Below, one piece after another: positions 47,817 to 52,479 of a stretch of DNA of 52,479 nucleotides (position 1 is the first letter of the stretch; each line of letters starts with the position of its first letter). The notes under the pieces were generated by a model. It saw nothing but the letters and a program-made list of their open reading frames with translations, had not been told where the DNA came from and ran no database searches. Source of the stretch: Paraglomus brasilianum (lineage: Eukaryota); the NCBI GenBank assembly GCA_910592345.1, contig CAJVPI010000115.1, positions 1-52,479 of the forward strand, given 5' to 3'. The translations under genes were made by a program, and so were the position numbers.

Positions 47817-49174
47817 TACAGTGGCGCCTCCGTAAGTGCACTTGGGACTCGGCATTTGTGTGCACTTGTAGAATAACGAATTAGAAAACCAGACAATGTT
47901 ACACTTTAGTAACTACTTTCTTTTTATTATCGAAAGAAAATATGTATTAATGTTAATTTGGCGCAGTAAATATTCTCTGTATTGAACAATTATTTATTGT
48001 ATTATTGGCATTTGTTTCTTTATCTCTTGTTCTGTTACTAACTCTGATTAAAATTTCGAGTAATTATACTATTTTAAGAAACATTTATGTGGCGATGCAG
48101 ATTTATAAGTAAACAAACATTGCGCCATTCCTATTTATATTTATTGTTGATTTAATTGGAATTTCACATGTGCACTTAGCTCTGAGAGTATGTTTTTTTA
48201 TGATATCTTGATAAGACTCCTTTCCCACGTACGATAAATAACTATTATTAACAATATCGGTTAATAATAACGACGTAATAAAAATAATATGTTTACCTTT
48301 CTATAAATAAATCTATTCCTTTGCTTATTGTGATTGTGAGAAAATTCAAGCGTGGCTATATTGATATATCATCTTCGATAAGCCCTGACTGGTAACTTTC
48401 GCTTTCAATTCTTCGATTTACACCTAGTGACAGCGTACCTTCAGATACATAATAGTCAACAAATACGTGTACTCTGTGAAAAGACTCAACCACACTCCCC
48501 CTCAACATTATTCTTACTTCATCTGTGAATGGATCGATCCAGATTAATCTATGTATGAAAAGAAGAAACGATTCAAGTTTCGAAACATACATAAAAAAAT
48601 GGTTGTTTTTTTCTCTCCAATGGTATTGATCTGAAGATTTGCTTAATTACGTCATCTATACTTACAGTCGATCCCTTCGGCATTTAGAGAACAATGCAAG
48701 TTGGTGTGCTATTATTATTAGTAAAGCAAGTACTCTTCGACGCAGTCCTTAATACATTTTTGCTTACCCGATTACAATTTATTAAAGCATTGATCTATAC
48801 TTGATTATTGTATTGCTTCAATCTTCCTTTCTCTAACATATTTCTCTAGAAACCCCATTTACTTTATAGCAATGTTTATGTTCTGTCCGATCTTTGCATT
48901 GAATTGAAATATGGCCTAGTCATCACTTGCATGGTACAAAATAACTCTTCCAATGGTCTTTTATTGGTAATAGTGATGATTTACTGACCGATTTTTATCT
49001 AACTTTACGCGACTGACAATACACGACCATTTGAATCGAATGTTGCAAATTCGTACCCAATTATAATTTTACCCGATACAATGTCTGCTTGCTAAATTCA
49101 TACTTAAGATCACGTGTGTGCATATCCGTTGTAACCTGCAGAATATAGAGTGTGCATTTAGAGAGTCGACTGTA
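47817..49174. mobile_element. Decayed Tc1/pogo-like DNA transposon (about 1.36 kb)
   Basis: Left end tacagtggcgcctccgtaagtgcac and right end gtgcatttagagagtcgactgta; TA flanks and recurring gtgca(c/t) subterminal motifs; no intact ORF. Confidence 0.45.
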
Positions 49175-49264
49175 TTTGGTAACCATTTGATCATATATAA
49201 CAATAATAATAATAAAAGACTGTTCTTCCGGCCCATCAGATCTTAATTAAGTTAATAAAACATG

Positions 49265-49447
49265 ATAGTCTGCTCGATAAAACAATTTCCAATTATAGAG
49301 ATTTACGCTATTTCTCTAATAAATCGCACAACATATTATAACATTATATCGCGAGGTTGATAATAATTCATTATACTCGACTTAGTTCCGGGAACATATT
49401 ACGCAACGTGCATCTTATCGGGGTTTACTATGTCGAGAATGACTATA
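49265..49447. mobile_element. pogo-like MITE remnant
   Basis: atagtctgctcgataa ... cttatcggggtttactat / tcgagaatgactata imperfect inverted ends. Confidence 0.35.
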
Positions 49448-51347
49448 TACCAAACCCATTCTTATCTTCATTGATGGAACATTATCTATAAGTTGAAGGA
49501 AAATAAATTTACTATTACTATATTTAATAATCTTTTAACAATAACGATCAAATCTTTATAGGTATAAGTACTTTTTCAAGTTGTATAGAACCGAGACACT
49601 TTGGTAAGAAATTTTTGCGATCCGTGACATGAGACCAAACGAAAACAAAAATATTTTTCCTTCTCCTTGTTTCGATGAACAAAACCCTCTGTTTTTTAAC
49701 TGTTTATGATATGTTGCTTTGTTTCTAGTTTTAACGCGCTATTAGTTACGACATTCTCTTTCCAGAGTCCACCCTCGATTTACGACCATATCTCGAGTTT
49801 TTTAATCGATTAGATTTATTACATAAACCATAATTAACAGCACAATCAATTTTTTGCTTTGTCATGATTAAATATATAAACTACTTGTATTAGATGTCTT
49901 TGTTAAACAACTTTTTTGGTTTCACTGTCTTTACTTGTTTGCTTTTTCATTTTATTCCTTTTTGATGTTGATGTATTTGTTGTTCGTTTTACTTGTTTTA
50001 ATGATGGTTTTTGTGTTGATTTTGTTCGTTTTTTTAATTTTTGTAACAAATATGAATTTGGTACTAGTTGAAGCCACTTATTAGTACGAGATATATATAT
50101 TTGAGATGGCAAAAGAAATAGAATCTTTGATAAAAAAAAAGATATTCTCTGAACATATCCTTTTCTAAATATAAAGGTAGTATCGAACAACAGCTACATT
50201 AATTCAGAGTATTAGTGAATCTTAGCACATATTTGAGGAAAGATCGAAGAAATTTCTTCAAAGAGACTTTCACATAATTGAATGGCGAACTCCTCGCCAT
50301 CTGATTGAGCAAAAAACAGTCGAAGTATTCCATTCAGTGTCTGTTGTCTGAGTACTAGACGCATGAAGGCAGTAATAACGTACGTTTATAATCGCTTCCT
50401 AAGGAGATGGACAAGTTACTCTTCGCGGCTTTCCAATTTGATTTCCAACTGGTTGGGTCATTTTTTTTCCACGTGGGCCAGTTGTTCGCTTTTTTTTTTT
50501 TTTTTAATTCTATAGTTTAACTTTTAAGCGGCTATTCTATGTGCAGCGAACAACTAAACAAAGGTTGAATCTTCAAACCAAATTTGTAGTTGTTTCTGTC
50601 GAGACATTCAACATGAACGTATTGAGTAATTAATTTATGCTTTTTTCGATTGTCTTTATTCTATGTTTGACATTTTCTAGAGCCTGTTGCCATAACGCGA
50701 TTACATAACTCTTGTTAGCCTATAATTTTTTAACGTTTGTCTTATCTCTTTGCTTAGCTTACATAATTTGAAAACTATTATCTTCCCACAATGCAAGCTG
50801 TTTTATCGGAGGGTCCTCAAAAGATGGCATTATTAATATAGTAATCTGAACATTGAAATTTATGTGCCGGTTTCCATCATTCATTAGGTCTCTTTTCAAC
50901 ACTACAGTAATAATGTATGCTAGTAATTGGAATAACAGTATTAGTTATATCTATCTATATGCTCCAATTTTGCGACCTGGCCAATACGTTGATGTGTTAG
51001 AAATGTATTTTCCGAATTCGCTCAATGTGTCGTCATGTACTTGAGTGTTTTCTCTTAGAGATTAAGATGTCATGTTGCACCATGACAATGCTGTGCTACA
51101 CAAGGCAGCAGTTGTTATTAATACCCATGTTGGGACCCAAGCTTTTTGGGGATATATCTGAGGTTAACTAAGGTATAGCGTTTCAATAGATATTATCATG
51201 TCTATCAGTGACGCTAAGCGCCGAATTATATTGCGCATGTATCTAATATCATTTTCCGTTGCAAATTCTCTTTGTTCTAAAAATTTCTTGGCCGTCGCAA
51301 GTACTTCTCTTCCTACCTTTATGGATATACTCGCTTCTTCCCCTTCA

Positions 51348-51350
<3 letters not shown>

Positions 51351-51385
<35 letters not shown>
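51351..51385 (+). repeat. 35-nt poly(A) run
   Basis: Homopolymer within degenerate coding-like sequence. Confidence 0.9.
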
Positions 51386-51387
<2 letters not shown>

Positions 51388-52186
51388 TGAGTGAGCAATG
51401 GCAAATGGTTTAACGCTAATAAGACTGATAGTTGGTTTGAACTTGGAAATTGCTGTCTTTTATTTATTTTCTGACTTAATGTATGTCCTGATTTACGGCC
51501 TGATTTATGTCTCGACGTTGAATTAGTGACTTGATTTGTTGAATTTGTGGCCTGATTTTGTGGCAGCTTTGTAATTTTTTTTTCATGTGTCTTTGACACT
51601 GGCTCTGCCCATCAATAAAGAAATGAATTTTTCATGTGTATACATATAGAATTGCAAATCATTAGCTATATTCTGTTTCCGAAATCGTACTAATTCCGTT
51701 TCGGATGTAATCCCAGTTCGAGTTGGGGTAATTTTTTGAGTGATATATGAGCGGGTATATAGGTGAGATGGGTGAGATCTGTTTTAACATATGGCAACTG
51801 AAAAAACACCTCCACCTCCAAGAGCGATGTCGAAGTATTCCAACTTGAAGCACTTTCCTTAAATTACCTATGAAGCCAAAATATTTCAGCAATTCCGGAT
51901 GGCGATCATATTCCAAAACTTTACCCATGTAAACTCTGCAATAAAGCCATACTTAATTTCCGATTCGAAGCATTTACAATACTTATACTACACCGTCTGT
52001 GTATCGAGAAGCATATTATGCAAGGAGGGGTGCGAAGACCTTTATGCCCAATCTGTAATTGGGATATCGAGATTAATAAAGAACTTGCCCTAGCTTTAGG
52101 TGTGTATCATACAGCGAGAGTATGATCCAACGGGTTAAATCTTTTACAGCATCGAGGATGATAATCGAAATAGAATCTTAGATTAG

Positions 52187-52246
52187 TGTAACCTAGACGT
52201 GTCAAATGTAACCTAGACGTGTCAAATGTAACGATGCAGTGTCAAA
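52187..52246. repeat. 20-bp tandem repeat (2 perfect copies + 1 diverged)
   Basis: tgtaacctagacgtgtcaaa x2, followed by tgtaacgatgcagtgtcaaa. Confidence 0.9.
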
Positions 52247-52479
52247 GGGTCGATCCGACCCCGTTATATCGAAATCCAGTGTCAGAATTAGTGGAACGAT
52301 AGAAGGTATATAAGCAGTTGTAGTTTTCCGCTCTGAACATAGTCTTAAGTCTTCAGTCTTCAGTCTATTTTATTTGTCCTTATAATCCTTGTAATTAGAA
52401 TACTCTTTGAATTCTAATAAATCTGTAATTAATATAAGTTGTTATTTTCGTTCATTCCCTGGTGAGTTTTATTCGATCG

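Overview
AT-rich, intron-rich, gene-dense eukaryotic DNA. The gene content fits an early-diverging fungus (Mucoromycota-like; this is inference, and the taxon cannot be fixed from sequence alone). Genes in order: a RING E3 ligase, a 12-repeat Myb protein, carnosine N-methyltransferase, an SPX-ACT-phosphoserine phosphatase fusion, mitochondrial L34, SmD2, THOC1, HEM3, MCC alpha, OST2/DAD1, an apparently truncated Rev1, an Aven-like gene, an orphan ORF, and a nitrate-assimilation cluster (nitrite reductase, NRT2, nitrate reductase). Intergenic DNA holds decayed Fanzor/TnpB, pogo and Tc1/IS630 remnants. The most striking unexplained signal is a family of four tiny insertions (18-52 bp) that share one fixed end (...AATAAAGGAACGCAAAACT). 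Three are bracketed by clear 15-bp target-site duplications (TSDs) and the fourth by a partial one. The longest copy can fold into an H-type pseudoknot, and the short copies end about where its first stem begins. This suggests a retroposed structured RNA 3' end. Exon boundaries and coordinates were read by eye.
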